Origin: Schizochytrium sp. TIO01
Lineage: Eukaryota; Protista; Bigyra: Labyrinthulomycetes
Length of the DNA stretch: 64,000 nt
NCBI GenBank assembly: GCA_004764695.1
Contig: SMSO01000014.1
Span: 4,970,845-5,034,844 of the forward strand
Direction of reading: 5' to 3'
The notes beneath the pieces are model-generated. The model was not told where the DNA came from. It ran no database searches and worked only from the letters and a program-made list of their open reading frames with translations. Each line of letters opens with the position of its first letter. Position 1 is the stretch's first letter. The translations under genes and the position numbers were made by a program. Positions 33,801 through 46,947 of the stretch are shown here, piece after piece.

Positions 33801-36800
33801 AATAAAGAAGATGCGTTCGGGGAAGAATCGTTTCCTCAAAGAAGAAGAAGAAGAAAGAAGTGCTTCGCTGGAACTCGCAACGTCGAGCCTCGCCGTGAAA
33901 CCCAACTTCTGAAGGTGGCCTAGCCTGATTGCTCTTGCGCTTCTCAAGAGGCGCCAAGGCAGCAGAAATGGCACAGATATATATACATAGATACATCATG
34001 ATGGGAAAATCAATCATTTCCTGCGGCAGGGACGAGTAAGACTCATGTTATCTGTCCCTATGGCCATTAGGAGAAGAAGGAGAAGAGCACACCGTCTAAA
34101 GGAGGAGAGCTTAGTGACGCTTAGTTAGCGATGGACATTGTGGATGAGGCGCTGCGTAGAGAGGCGACGCTGAGGAGGGTGAAGCATTGAGTGGCTGTGG
34201 CAGGGCTTCTGCTGAGGGAGGGAGGAGAGGCGCCAGAGCAGAGAGGGGCCTGTGTCTGCAGCGAAGCAGAAGACAGGCCAAGGCAGCCGAAAGCCGAAAG
34301 AACGGCCTGCTCGAGCTCTAATTGCGGAAAAGTGCTGATTTTGTTGTTGCTACAGTATAAAATTAAAAGTTGTTGTGATTGTTGTATGCATTCATTTTCT
34401 AATTGAAATAAAAAAGTTGGTTCAGAGTTCTCGACAGAAGAAAATAGAAGCAGATTGTTTTGTCTTTCTTTTCTCTTTTTTCCTCTTCTTTACAAAAAAA
34501 AATAAATCATAAACAATAAAACAATAAATTAATTAAAGGAACGGTTTTAGTTTTAGTTTTTAAAGTTATTATTATTATTATTATTATTATTAAAGTTTTG
34601 ATTCTTTAAAACTTTCGTCTTCAAAAACGTCACAACCTTGTAAGTAAGTAAGTTCTATGTTGTTGTGATGAACGAATAAAAACAGTGGGACCAGCAAACG
34701 GCGCGGGAGAGCGTTACCTGCTCGAGGTGCGAGAAAAGCTGGAGACGAGGAGCAGCATCGTCCTCGCTGTCTCCACGATGGCGCTCTCGGCGTTTGCGCA
34801 GCATCGCATCGCCCGAAGTGAAGTGAAGTGAAGTGAAGTCGCCCGGAGAAAGTTGATTGTCCATTCGAGATGCAGCGCAGGAACGAAGGAATCGGCGACC
34901 GCAGCGCAAGAAATGCAATGCAATGCATGCATTCATCAATGAACCGTGGGCACTAAGCAGGAAGAAAACTCGGGCATGGAGAAGAGTTTGACCGCATTGC
35001 AACTAAAAATTGCAACTAAAAACATACGTCACTGTTGGAGTCGAGGAGAAACAAGTAAAGCGTCCCACAGGTAGATTGGCAGCACAGAAGAGTGCATTTT
35101 GGCCAACCGTGCGCAATGGATTCACGAGTGAATGAAGCAAACAAAGAAATTGCAAGGATGATCTGCAGGAATGTGCACAACCTATCGCATAAGCCAACTG
35201 CAAGACGAATTCCCGTTTGACTGCTTGCGTCTAGTGAGAGAGCGTGAGCGCAGAGTTGTATCTTGTGCAATGCTGTGAATGCAGACTGACTCACAAGTTC
35301 CGTTGACGCAGGTTTACCCACCAACAACTAGTACTCACTCGGGTTCAACTCGAATGGTCCCGCGGGAGTCAATTTTGTCCCTTTTAAAGTCAAAGCAGAG
35401 AGTATTAACGCCAGAAGTCCCAATTTAATGCAGATCTAGACTATCTATATCGATCAAAACATACAGTCGCATCCTTTTGAAATAACTGCATGCGCCAATT
35501 ATTGAAACGAGAACGTAGTCTATATCATAAAGCCAAAAAGCAAATGAAGCACCACAGCTGTGGCTACCAGTTCACTTATTTGTATCACGCGAAAATGGAA
35601 ATTGCAATGAGATCATGTCTTAAGTTCATTGTGCCTGCCAAATCGTGTGAGTCGAGACCAAACTATTGCGTCTGATTCGACGGTTGCAATATCTTTGGAC
35701 CCGTACTCTGAAGCCGTACTCTTTCTTTTACCATATATCGCTTCTTCCTTATTCTTACAAAGAAGCAATGAAAAACCTTGAAACCTCGTTTTGGTATGTG
35801 CACTGCCGTTTCTCTGGTCAAACTTGCACAAAAATGAAAACAGTGTTTTACAGCTTGCCATGCAACTAGCTAATGCTCGCTTAAATCATTACAATACATA
35901 TTTCAGTGATAGCTCAGCAAGTTTTGCAAGTCGCTCCTAAAGTACTCCGCAAGTATTACATAAACTTCTTCATCGATGATGATGATTATGATCATCATTG
36001 TTCACCATCCTTAATGTCGCACTAAATTCTCTGCTCATCCGCTGCAATGTCCACCGTACGCGGCCACAACCTTGGCGTACACCGGCTACGATAGCATATG
36101 TTCTTCTCCAAAAACTTACAACGTGAAACAAGGCCTAATTAAAACGCCCTGAGGTTCTGGGAGCGCCTCGGCACAAGCCTTGCCGTTCGCCCGGGTTCTT
36201 CCGGCTCAAAACCCGCGTCGATGTCGCGGAGCCAGAGGTGTGCTCGCAGAAGGCCCTTGGACGCCAGTCAGGCTTTTTGCACTATCGTCATCCCTCATCC
36301 GAGACACAATGGTCACCATGGAGAACGAGAACGAATTGCTCCTCGAGGGCAGCGGCGGCACCGTGTAAGTTTTCTTTCGAGACGGCGCCTGAGTCGCTGA
36401 GAAGCTACAAATAAGCGCGAGCTAGCTCGGCCACTCCAGGATGTTGCACGGTGTCTGCTGCTTCGAACCTGCTGTTCCTCGTCACATGGATTGCGTGCAC
36501 GGATGGAATGGAATTAAGTACTCATCGCCATCACCGCCGAAGAATGGAGACTTTCTTCCTCTCATCGAAACCCACACCTTTCACTGCATTCTCGAGTCTT
36601 TCTTTCTTTCTTTCATTCATCGTCCATTCATTCCCTTATCTGCCACGTTTGTTTTCTCATGGTAGCACTCGCTTACAGTCAGTTACAGCAGGTGACTGAT
36701 TAAGGCACTGCTCTTAAGTAGTAACATTATAGAGCGAGTGCCTTCTCAGTTTAGAACTGATGCTTTAAATCATTTCGATATACAAAGAATTTCTGTTTTT

Positions 36801-39800
36801 TGTTTTTTCTATTTTTAAAGTTAAGGGAAAAGGAAAGAAGCCTTTGAATCTACTTATTCTATGCGCGATATGGCCATGAATTGATTGTTCAATGAAACTT
36901 CGTTCTCACAGTCTTTGGCGTTATTAATGGCTGAGCACGGCCCACCGTCATCCTTTTTCTTTTCCTCGCGCGCGCCAGGAGGGCCTTCCAATGCTGTGCT
37001 CAGACAGAGATGGTGGCGAGGACTCACCACTCAGGCGCGGGATCGGTGGCGGTCGATCGGCCGGAGAGCCAATCAATCGATAGTTTCGTGAAGTCGTCAA
37101 GCTCAAAGAAAGTCGAACGAAGGAGCGATGATGGAAAGTAGTAATGCATCAGATCCATCACAAACTTCATCACAGTGAGCTTATTGGTTTTACTTCCTTT
37201 TACTTTCTTTCTTTTTTCTTTCTTTTTTTCTTTCTTTTTATAACTTTAATTTAAACTTAAAACAAGAATCCTCTTTTGAGCAAATGAACATATCAATTAT
37301 CTCTGTGGGTCTTCTCCCTCTCGCAACTTGACAGACATTGGGTTTAAACTGCTTTCTTTTAAGTATCACATTAAGAATCGTTGTAATTAATTTTTATTCC
37401 TTACAAACAAATTATTTAATATTTTTAATTTAATTCAATTTAATTTAATTACATAACATCATATGTTGTAAGCATGCAAAGTGTTTACTTTTATTTCTGC
37501 AGACTTTCACGCAAACAAAGCTCTCACCTATCATGTTCTTTTAACCTCCAAGAACGATTTGTTTAGACTAAGTGACTTCCCAAACACAGCTAATTGGGAC
37601 TTGGAAAAAATTAGCCCCGCTTCTAGAAGTGCTAAATAGTGAGTGACGTAGGTGGATACTACTGCATGCAAGAAAGCACAGAAAAGAACCTCAGGGGAAG
37701 AAATCTACCACTCCTATGAGGATATATGTAACTCGTAGTGGATGATGTTGTGGCAGTGCAAGGAGAGATTGGAATACCATGAAGGCATTGGCATCACCAG
37801 CGCAATACCATGTCTTGAGCAATCTCTAGACTAGAAAAGTAGAAGAGGCGTTAAGTTTGTAGATAGTGGGGAAAGAGAGGAACTGTTCATGGTCAGGATA
37901 AGTCAAACGCGATGCATTGAATGATAAATGTAACGCAACAAATTCATTTCCTCACATTCGTAGGGTACAGCGAGCGAGCAAGAACTACTAAAATCGTCTT
38001 GTATAATACCAAGATCGTTTCTCTCATTGCCATAAACTCAACGCGACCCAGCAAAAGCTTAACATTTCTAACTTTGTGAAAACGACATTGCGAACAGCTA
38101 AGTCGACTCTATAGAACATGACATTATACTTCACTTCTATACCTAGTCATTACAGAAATCTAAAAGGAAACTCAGCTCTTCTTCTGCAATGTGTACATTC
38201 AATCCATCGAAACAATAATTGTACAAGCACTTGTGAATTCGTACGTATCAGTAGAATCATGGGTTCTGCAGGTCATATTCAAAGAATCATAGCAATCAAA
38301 TAGTAACTAGGTATCTACCTACTACTTCAATATGCCCCAGTTACACTATAAAATAAAAACCGTGTCACTTAAAGCACCAAAGCACCAAAACTGCAACTGA
38401 GGCACCAAGGTTCCTATGGTTCGAGATATCGACCTACTGCTACCTTTCTATGACAGTTCATAACAGAGCCTCCACTCTTCAAAGATCAACAATCGAGCAA
38501 CGATGGATCTTAACGATTAAATTATACAAAAAACGAGGCTCGCCACAAGTTGACATGAACACTACAAAGGAGTTTTTGCTTATGTGGTCGGGACACATGG
38601 CACGTTTATTTGCAGCTAATTTGCACCCATGAACCCGAAAAGGCGGCCTCGACTTTCGAGTTTTATATATTCAACTCGAGTTCGCGAGTCCTAAACGCGG
38701 CGGTTATGGATGCCATCAGACCAGGTTTTCGCGAATATCGCCGTTGCCAACTCATTGCCGATTGTCAGTTTATTTTGTGACTTTCTAGGTACCTGCAGTT
38801 TCGCAGGTGGGCATCATTTCTTTGCGGCGGTTGGGTTATTGTTATTGTTCACAACGACAATTGTGCGAAGGGGGTTCGTGTCAGTCATTAACAAATGAAT
38901 AAATAATACATGACTCCCACGGAATATGACAGAATAGCTCAGGAGTGTTCGTTAAGATCGGCCGCCATAAGAAAAGGACCGACCAAGTTGAAGTCCTGCG
39001 GAAAGGTTCTCCTCTCAGCAGCGAATTACTGCGCGTCTCCGATGGCACATTTGGATTTGCTCGAGGATATATCATGAGCATTTACACATTCATTTCCTCA
39101 TGCATTCATTCATTCGTACATGGTCCTCTCTTTCGGAGCCTCCGCTTCCCGCCTCTTTTATGGTATTGTTTGGCATAGCTGACTCCTACTCTACCGGTCC
39201 CCTCCGGCTTCAAGTAAAACAAGGAGACTTTGCAGAAAGCCAAGAAACACAGGAGAGGGGAGAGTATTTGTGCTTTTTTATAGGTAGATTACAATGGCCT
39301 CCCGGAGACTTGTCATTAAGGATAGAGGAAATCCAGCTAGTTTGCGGACATCTTTATCGGCTTCAGACGAGTTTATTTTGTGCTCAGTATCCAAGTTTCC
39401 AAACCGCTTCGAAATACAATCTCTACTACTGTAGGTATACGTACCTAATTAGTTAGCAGCATAGCCACCCCCTAGTAGTTGCTAGCCCTGTTCTGCTGGT
39501 AGCACGCCTAACACTGACCTACCTTACCTAGCATGAGGGGTAGTAGGACTCTACTATAAGATTTAGTTTCAATTGTAGAAATTAACAATTATAACAATTT
39601 TAGAATAATAAGAAACTAAAAATATGTCCTATAGTAATATAGTAATGACTAGCTAACCCCATATCTCCAAGTCGAATGCTTGGAGGCCCTGGGGTTGCTA
39701 GGACAGGAGCGAGCGGTAGGCAGCTCCAGCCAGGTCTTGAAGTTTGTCCACCACAGTGAGGCTTTCGCTATTGGTCTTTGAGGAAGGACAGTTTTGGCGA

Positions 39801-41056
39801 AGGAAGAGGCTCATTTAAATCAAAGTCGCTGCAAACTCGAGCTTATTGCCACTTAGGTTATTCTTCAGTCGGCCTCAAGTCTGTAAAAGAAGCTGAAAGT
39901 TTCCAGCTTCGACGTTGCCTACATTTTGTGCCTCCTTCCAAATTCAACGTTGATGGGGCGGCGGAAACGTCACCTCCTCGGAGCCCCCGGGGTTTTCTAA
40001 AATGCGTTGTTCAGATTAGTTGCACCGAGTAATACCGACACTGCGACATAACACCACTAGGTAATAAATGTGTCTACATTTTGAGGGAGCTTAGTGATAA
40101 GTTTCATTTGTATCTATTTTGTTGTGAGGTGCGTAAAAGTTAATTATCCGTATTCTGAAAGCTATGCAGACTCCACAAAGATAAAGTTGATGAAGCTAAG
40201 GGGGATCCAATACCGACTGATTGCCACTGGGGGAGTGTCAAATCTCCGGGTTGTAGTGTGAGAGGAGAATTAATCTCAGTGTGCTGTGTCGGAGGCTGAG
40301 TTATATTGTTCTCAGTAGGAAGTGAGGATAGAGTCGGGAAAGAATCTTTCCGGACAAATGGGGCCACCATCAATGCGGTTGATCTATCCAAACAGTCTCA
40401 GATTGATAACGCTCAGGTACGTGGCAGTGATCAGCGCCTGCGCTGCATGGCTTCTTCGCGCTGCCAACCTTTCGACACCTCCTCTCCTCGACTGCTTTCC
40501 TGGGCTTCCGTGGTTTAAGACCAAACTCGGAGGCCTCGGAACGCGTTCGCGCACGGCCTCATGAACGGACCGTTCATGAACCAGTTTGGCACCGCCGCCA
40601 CAAGAAGCTGCAAAAGAAGATACGATGCTGCCTGGCACCGCGTTGGTTTATCCTGTTGATCTGTTTATCAGGCTCAGAGAAAAGGGAGCACGGAATCAAG
40701 TGCAGTGCAGTGTGAAGAAAGCCACGGCAGCAAGTCTGTGTATCTTTCGAGACTTCTTCGAAGCTTCTTTTTAGCGACTTTTTAACGTGCCAGCTTGGAA
40801 GAGGGGAGAAATATATCAACGCTCTTTTGCGCATTTCCAGTGTCACATGACTGTATATATTTTGAGGGATGGCGCTGACTAACAAATGATTCTTTACCTC
40901 TTGTATTGGTTTTCCCTGCGGACATCAATTGACGAACGTTGGATACAAACAATCCAAAACCAAAATCAATTCCCAAACGTGAATAATCTTGAATCCTTCT
41001 CACGAATTGATAATACACAGATCGTAACTTCACGACTTTCTTCTTAAATTAGCACC

Positions 41057-41584
41057 ATGTCCAACCCGGTTGTCTTCTTCGACATCACCATCGGCGGCGC
41101 CCCTGCCGGCCGTCTCGAGATGGAGCTCTACGCCGACGCCGTCCCCAAGACCGCTGAGAACTTCCGCGCTCTCTGCACCGGCGAGAAGGGCACCGGCTCC
41201 TCCGGCAAGCCCCTCCACTACAAGGGCTGTGGCTTCCACCGTGTGATCCCCCAGTTCATGTGCCAGGGTGGTGACTTCACCCGCGGCAACGGCACTGGTG
41301 GCGAGTCCATCTACGGCAACAAGTTCGAGGACGAGTCCTTTGCTGGCAAGGCCGGCAAGCACACTGGCTTTGGATGCCTCTCCATGGCTAACGCTGGCCC
41401 CAACACCAACGGATCCCAGTTCTTCATCTGCACTGCTGACACCCCTTGGCTCGACGGCAAGCACGTTGTCTTCGGTAAGCTCACCGCTGGTGACGACGTC
41501 CTCCGCGCCATGGAGGCCGTTGGCTCCGGCTCTGGCTCCACCTCCAAGAGCGTTGTCATCGCCGACTGTGGCCAGCTCTCCTAA
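41057..41584 (+). CDS. Cyclophilin-type peptidyl-prolyl isomerase (CypA-like, divergent-loop type)
   Basis: [57 protein letters not shown]. Has the SSGKPLH divergent-loop insertion. Extreme codon bias indicates high expression. Confidence 0.98.
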   Translation: MSNPVVFFDITIGGAPAGRLEMELYADAVPKTAENFRALCTGEKGTGSSGKPLHYKGCGFHRVIPQFMCQGGDFTRGNGTGGESIYGNKFEDESFAGKAGKHTGFGCLSMANAGPNTNGSQFFICTADTPWLDGKHVVFGKLTAGDDVLRAMEAVGSGSGSTSKSVVIADCGQLS

Positions 41585-42576
41585 GCAGCGTTTGCTCCTT
41601 AGCGCCCATCTTTGACGATGCAAGCTTTTCTTATCGTTTAAGCACAAGCCGTTATCTCTGAGAGACCATTCTGCTCAGAATGGCATTCTCTATAGTCTCG
41701 GCCAGCATTGTCTCCCTAGATTGCTCTTCTGCATTGATGAATGAATCACTCGACCTTTTGCCCTTTTACAATAGTTTGCTATTTGCATACCCTCGGAAAG
41801 CAATCGTTAAGCAGTTTTCTTTTTTTTTATACTCTTTCTCATTTTCTATGCCAGCATTGTCTCCCTAAGTTGCTCTTCTGCATTCACTCAAACTGTTTGC
41901 ACTTTTATAATAGAACTATAGTTGTACACACTCCAAAAGCAATCTTTTGTTTGAAGTACCTACTCTTTCTCATTTTCATTGCTTTACATTCTTGTCATGA
42001 TGTCTCATCTAAATTTAGGTCATTTTACATTTTCGTGATGATTGGAGCGAACGATAGCTTACTTAAACAATGTTACTCACCAACCACACATAGTAATCTT
42101 TTGATATTTGGGTCAACGCTGCAGGAAGCCTACGACTTTTTCTGTTTTAGTTGGTGGTGCGTCAGCCCATCCTCTAGAGTCATGGGACGTCAAAAGTAAG
42201 TAAAACACAAAAAAACACGAGATTTTGTACAAGATTTTTCCTTGTTATTTGAACAACGTCATCATGTATTAATTGTTGAACAGAGTGGAGTCCTAAGACC
42301 CCTTCCTAGTTGTTATTATTATAAGAGCTCACTCTTTTTCTCTTGTTTGGTTCCTATATTTCCAATTTAAGTTATTTTATTAGTCAAATCATGAATGATC
42401 TCTAGAAATGAAGAAGCAGACTTTTTAAAGGTGTTTCACCCGTGGGACTACTACCTACTAGGCAAGCTCAAACATTGAAAATATAATGAGCCCAGGAACA
42501 AGGAAGTTCTAAGTCGTAAACGTCAGCACCCTTAATCTTGTAAATGAATAATTTAGAGAAACATTTTATGTATAAG

Positions 42577-43770
42577 TTATGCATAGAGTTGCCATGATGG
42601 CCCGTAGAGCTCAAAGTGTTCATGCTCCGGAATATCTTTGGATAAACTTTCATGCGCATTGGCTAGCTCCGCTACAACTCTTGTCCACGTTTTTGCTGCT
42701 TCAACAAAATGATAACCGCCTGCTCCGGTAACAAGCAGGGGAACTGGGCCTTTCTTTTCACTCTCAGATGGTTGACAGCACAAATCACGCATGACCCGGG
42801 AACAGTGGACAATATCATCTGGCGTGAGACTCAAATTGCCACGAGGATCACATTTTAGTGCGTCAACCCCACATACAAAGACAACAGCAACCGGCGAAAA
42901 ACTAGCAAACTTCTCACGGACAACAGTTTCAAAGCGAGTCATAAATTCCTCTCGAGTAGATTTATGTGTGAAAGCCACATTCACATTATAACCTAGACCC
43001 TTTCCTTTACCAGTACACGCTTCATCACCAGTTCCCGGAAAGAATCCAGGTTCACGTTGATGAAATGAAATTGTCATAACTTTATTAGAATGCAAGAATG
43101 CCCGCTCTGTTCCGTCTCCATGGTGCACATCAATATCAATCACCATAACACGACCAAGCTTTTTCTGAAGCTCTAGCGATGCCAGTACAACATCGTTAAT
43201 AAAGCAAAACCCAGAGGCCCTTCGGCTAAAAGCATGGTGCCTCCCCCCACACAAGTTGATAGCAATGTCAGCCTGACCACGAATGAGCAAGCTAGCAGCC
43301 GTCAAGCTTGCACCTGCAATCCACAACGCATGATGGGCCACGTGAGGAAATGGGTAGCTATCATCAACCAAATTGTATTGTAGAAGCTCTTCACGCGTTG
43401 CATCATCACATAAGCGCAAAGTCTCAAGGTAATCTGCATCATGAAAGGCTGCTGCCATTTTCAATGTGGCTGCCTCCGGTGAAACCACCTGAAGATGCTT
43501 TTGCAAACCACAAGCGATTAAAAGCGATTGCACAATTTCATTTCGACCAGCAGATCGTGTCACTTCATTTCGGCACCTTTTGCGTGGCCTCGTAACGTTG
43601 TGATCCCAAACCTCTTCGAGGTCGTCCACGTCTGGATCTATGGTTTTTCGATGATGGGCTGGCACGGCGTCTGAGGCTCGCACAAGGTTCACACTCGTGA
43701 TCAAAGCCACACGCCTAGATTCAGGAATCTCAGCTACAGGGATGATATCCGTAGCATCAGAAACTGTCAT
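42577..43770 (-). CDS. Class I histone deacetylase, Hos1/HDAC8-like
   Basis: GGRHHA (43231-43248), ASGFCFINDVV, DIDVHHGDG, FFPGTG, CGVDAL, GAGGY; catalytic His pair, Zn ligands and Tyr are present. First ATG at 43770. Confidence 0.9.
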   Translation of the reverse strand: MTVSDATDIIPVAEIPESRRVALITSVNLVRASDAVPAHHRKTIDPDVDDLEEVWDHNVTRPRKRCRNEVTRSAGRNEIVQSLLIACGLQKHLQVVSPEAATLKMAAAFHDADYLETLRLCDDATREELLQYNLVDDSYPFPHVAHHALWIAGASLTAASLLIRGQADIAINLCGGRHHAFSRRASGFCFINDVVLASLELQKKLGRVMVIDIDVHHGDGTERAFLHSNKVMTISFHQREPGFFPGTGDEACTGKGKGLGYNVNVAFTHKSTREEFMTRFETVVREKFASFSPVAVVFVCGVDALKCDPRGNLSLTPDDIVHCSRVMRDLCCQPSESEKKGPVPLLVTGAGGYHFVEAAKTWTRVVAELANAHESLSKDIPEHEHFELYGPSWQLYA

Positions 43771-44237
43771 CGCTGCCAAGAGAAGAGTTTTGCAGGAGGC
43801 GTGGTCTAAGTTGAACTGAGTCAAATACGGAAATAAAGGCCACTCTTGATCTAACTGCCAGTACTTGATAGAGAAATAAATAAGAGCAACCTAAATCATC
43901 TTCAAGATCTCAATAAGCTCAAACTAGGATAGTTCTTTCAGTATGGGCTGAAATGGCATGGATAGATAGATACTTTGGGGGCGAATTGTCTTGCGACCAA
44001 GAAGCAAACAGAGCCAGGAACTTATTATCATTTGATTAATTATTATTGTAATGTAACTTCAGGGTCCCTTAGAAACAGTATGACATCAACGGCTCGTTCC
44101 TAGTCTATGGGATTAAGTAGGGATTAATCAATGCACGCCCTGGAATGCTTGATGTCAAAACCAAAGTGGTTGCGCAGAGCTTTCGAGACAAAATCTCAAC
44201 GCCAGTAGGATTTTAGACAGGGTGTAGAAAGCCAGTT

Positions 44238-46947
44238 ATGTGGCCAACATCAGTTTTAGGCCGGTCTTCGAATCTAAGTTCAAGTAGAAATATATCACAG
44301 AGACAAGCGCCAAAACATCCGGCCTCATCATTGGGTCGCGCAGACCCAGTTAAGCCAAAAGGATCACCCACGTTAGGCCAGCAGGATGCTGTGCGTAGAT
44401 TACAAGGCTCTGGATTTGCCAATGTTGCACTCAATATTCTGAACAGCCACAACAGACCAGGGAAGGATGCTGTGCGTGGACCGTAAGTTCTATTTCAACA
44501 CCAACTTCACTTCGAACACGGGTTCCTAACTAAATTGAATATACTTTTGTTGAACCTGCTGACCCATTTTGATTTATTCATCTAGCTTTATCTTAATCGA
44601 AGATTGCCACGTTGACGAACGTATTGAATCGCAACCAGTATTGCAGCGACTCGCAGTTTCGGGTCGCCTCGGGGAACCAGAACCGTATGATGTGAAGGTA
44701 CTCTGGCAGGGTGCCACAAGCCCCTTTGCAGTCTTTAAGTGCTGCGAGACAAACCCTCGCGTGAGCCAACTAAGGCACGCGCTTCAAACATCGGGGAAAA
44801 TCCCGCTCGATTGTCAAGCATCGTTCATGGTTCATGGAGAGCCACTTAATGTTACACAAGAATCTTTCTGTGGATTACAAGTATTTGGTATTACCAGACC
44901 GTTGTATGTTTTCCTTGCAATAGATCCTCGTAAAACCAGTCAGACATTGAATGAGAACAATCAGCACCGAGACACTGACTGCGAACATGAAAACTTGAAG
45001 AATACCGTACGTCAAGTTTTGGCCAAGCTTGTCACTCTGTGCGGCCGTCACATTCTTACAGATGTCATGAATTGCATGGAAAGATCAATGCAAAAACCTG
45101 GATTAAGCATAAGCGAGTTAGAGCAATTGCTTCACACATCTTCTCGTCGCAACGCTCAATTGTCAGAATGGACTCGTGGTGAGATTCAAAGAGAAATTAA
45201 AAAATTATCTGCTTCGGAGAGTAGCGGAACAGAACGAAGGATTTTTCTTTCATATGCAGATCTCTCGATGTGCCTCCCCAAGCACCTTAGCCCAGAGGCC
45301 CCAAACTTACAAGATTCCAAGTCTGTGCACAACGCTACACAAGATTTCAATCAGCTTATCCAAAATCTCACCAAGATTCATAACGATGGCCTCACTCTTC
45401 AGGTGCCTCGACATGAACTTCGCGCGTATGCAAGCTTGAATCCAATAAGACAGCAAAGCTTGTTTGGACAAGGCTCCAAAGTTCTTAGTGATTTATCTTT
45501 AAGAGGCGAAGAAAGGCTAGCAAGTGATGTCTCATCTAGCGGTGGTTATTGTTTCTTCATTGTCAAGCAGGTTCCCATATTAGATATCCTCAAAAGACTT
45601 GATCAAGACCACGTGGGAACTCTTAAATTTCCAGATCTCTCCAAGGTCTTACGCAAGCTTCACTGTGATGCTGGTCTTTCGGATTCTCGTCTACGCACTG
45701 CCTTGTTAAGGTTTCGGAAGAGTGGTGATTCATATGATTATATTTCGTTGGTTGATGCAATAGTCCCACCGCGCTCAGAACAAGAGTTAGCAGCCGCAAT
45801 TGAGAATGTTATGGCGACTATTCGCAAAAGTCTTCTCCGCTTATCCTATGGGGGCTCCCACCTTCAATCCATGTTCCATCAGCTGGATCCATCAAATACA
45901 GGATACGTCGCCCTGCAAGATCTGAAGCAGGCTGCGAATAAAGATTTGGGGCTATGTCTCTCGCAAGACCAATTAAATGAGATTGCAAGGCGTTTTGATC
46001 CGAGCTCTTGTGGTCTCCTTCCATATGGTGACTTTGTTGCAGCAGTTGAAAGAGGTTTTGATAGGTGGGGTGATGTAAACCAACTCAAGTCACTCATACT
46101 AATGCGTTTGCATGATGCTTACTTTGATGAAGACTTGCAGGCCATCAATACCACCAAGCTGTTTGCAGCGCTTGACTGTGATGGTGACGGGAGAATTTCT
46201 ATTTCGGACTTTCAGCAAGCCTTATTTAGTGAGCTAAAGAAGCCCTTCAAAGCAGACAGCGGCAGCTTGAATAGGCTATATGAATGTAGTTTGGTGGGAC
46301 GTACAACAGCATCGATTTCTGACTCAGATTCTAAATTAACCATGCAATTCAGCGACTTGGACAAATTGATTAAATCCTCTCCGCCGAAAACTGTGTCAAA
46401 ACTCCAAGAGATGTTAAGAGAGGCCGTTGTAGCAAGATGGCGCCAAGGGTTTGACAATCTGTCCAGTATTTTCTTTTGCTTGACAGCCAATAAGGAGGAA
46501 CGGCAAACAGCAAGAGCACGAGATGGCCGCGTCACTTCAATCGATCACTTTATTTGCAGTGAAAGCTTGTATCGCGGCATTCTCGAAAACTTTGGCAATT
46601 TGGAGATAAGGCGAGATGAAGCACATCTTTTAGTAACTAAATCATTGGTCTTCCCATATGGATATCAGGAGTTTCTAGATTTACTGTTCCCGGGTTCTGC
46701 ACCAACTATATACGAGGCAGCAGCACGCATCCAAAGTGCTTTAAAGAAAAGATCCCTTAGCGATATGGTCATGCGTCGTTGTTTCGAAACTTTTGATCCA
46801 GATCATTCAGGGTCAATATCCAAGGAGGACTTTATCAACGGTGTTCTTTCCTTAGATATTGGGCTCTCACGGCTTAGTATCTCGAAAATTGCTGAATTCC
46901 GGACTTATCCGGCAAGACCACTCCTTGAGTTGTATTACCTACGATGA
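44238..46947 (+). CDS. Large multi-EF-hand calcium-binding protein, two exons; C-terminus probably frameshifted
   Basis: Exon 1 44238-44482, intron 44483-44585 (GTAAGT...CTGAC...TCTAG, phase 2, in frame), exon 2 from 44586. EF-hand loops include DPSNTGYVALQD, DPSSCGLLPYGDF, DCDGDGRISISDF and DPDHSGSISKEDF. A partner EF helix continues in the +1 frame to 47146. Confidence 0.82.
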
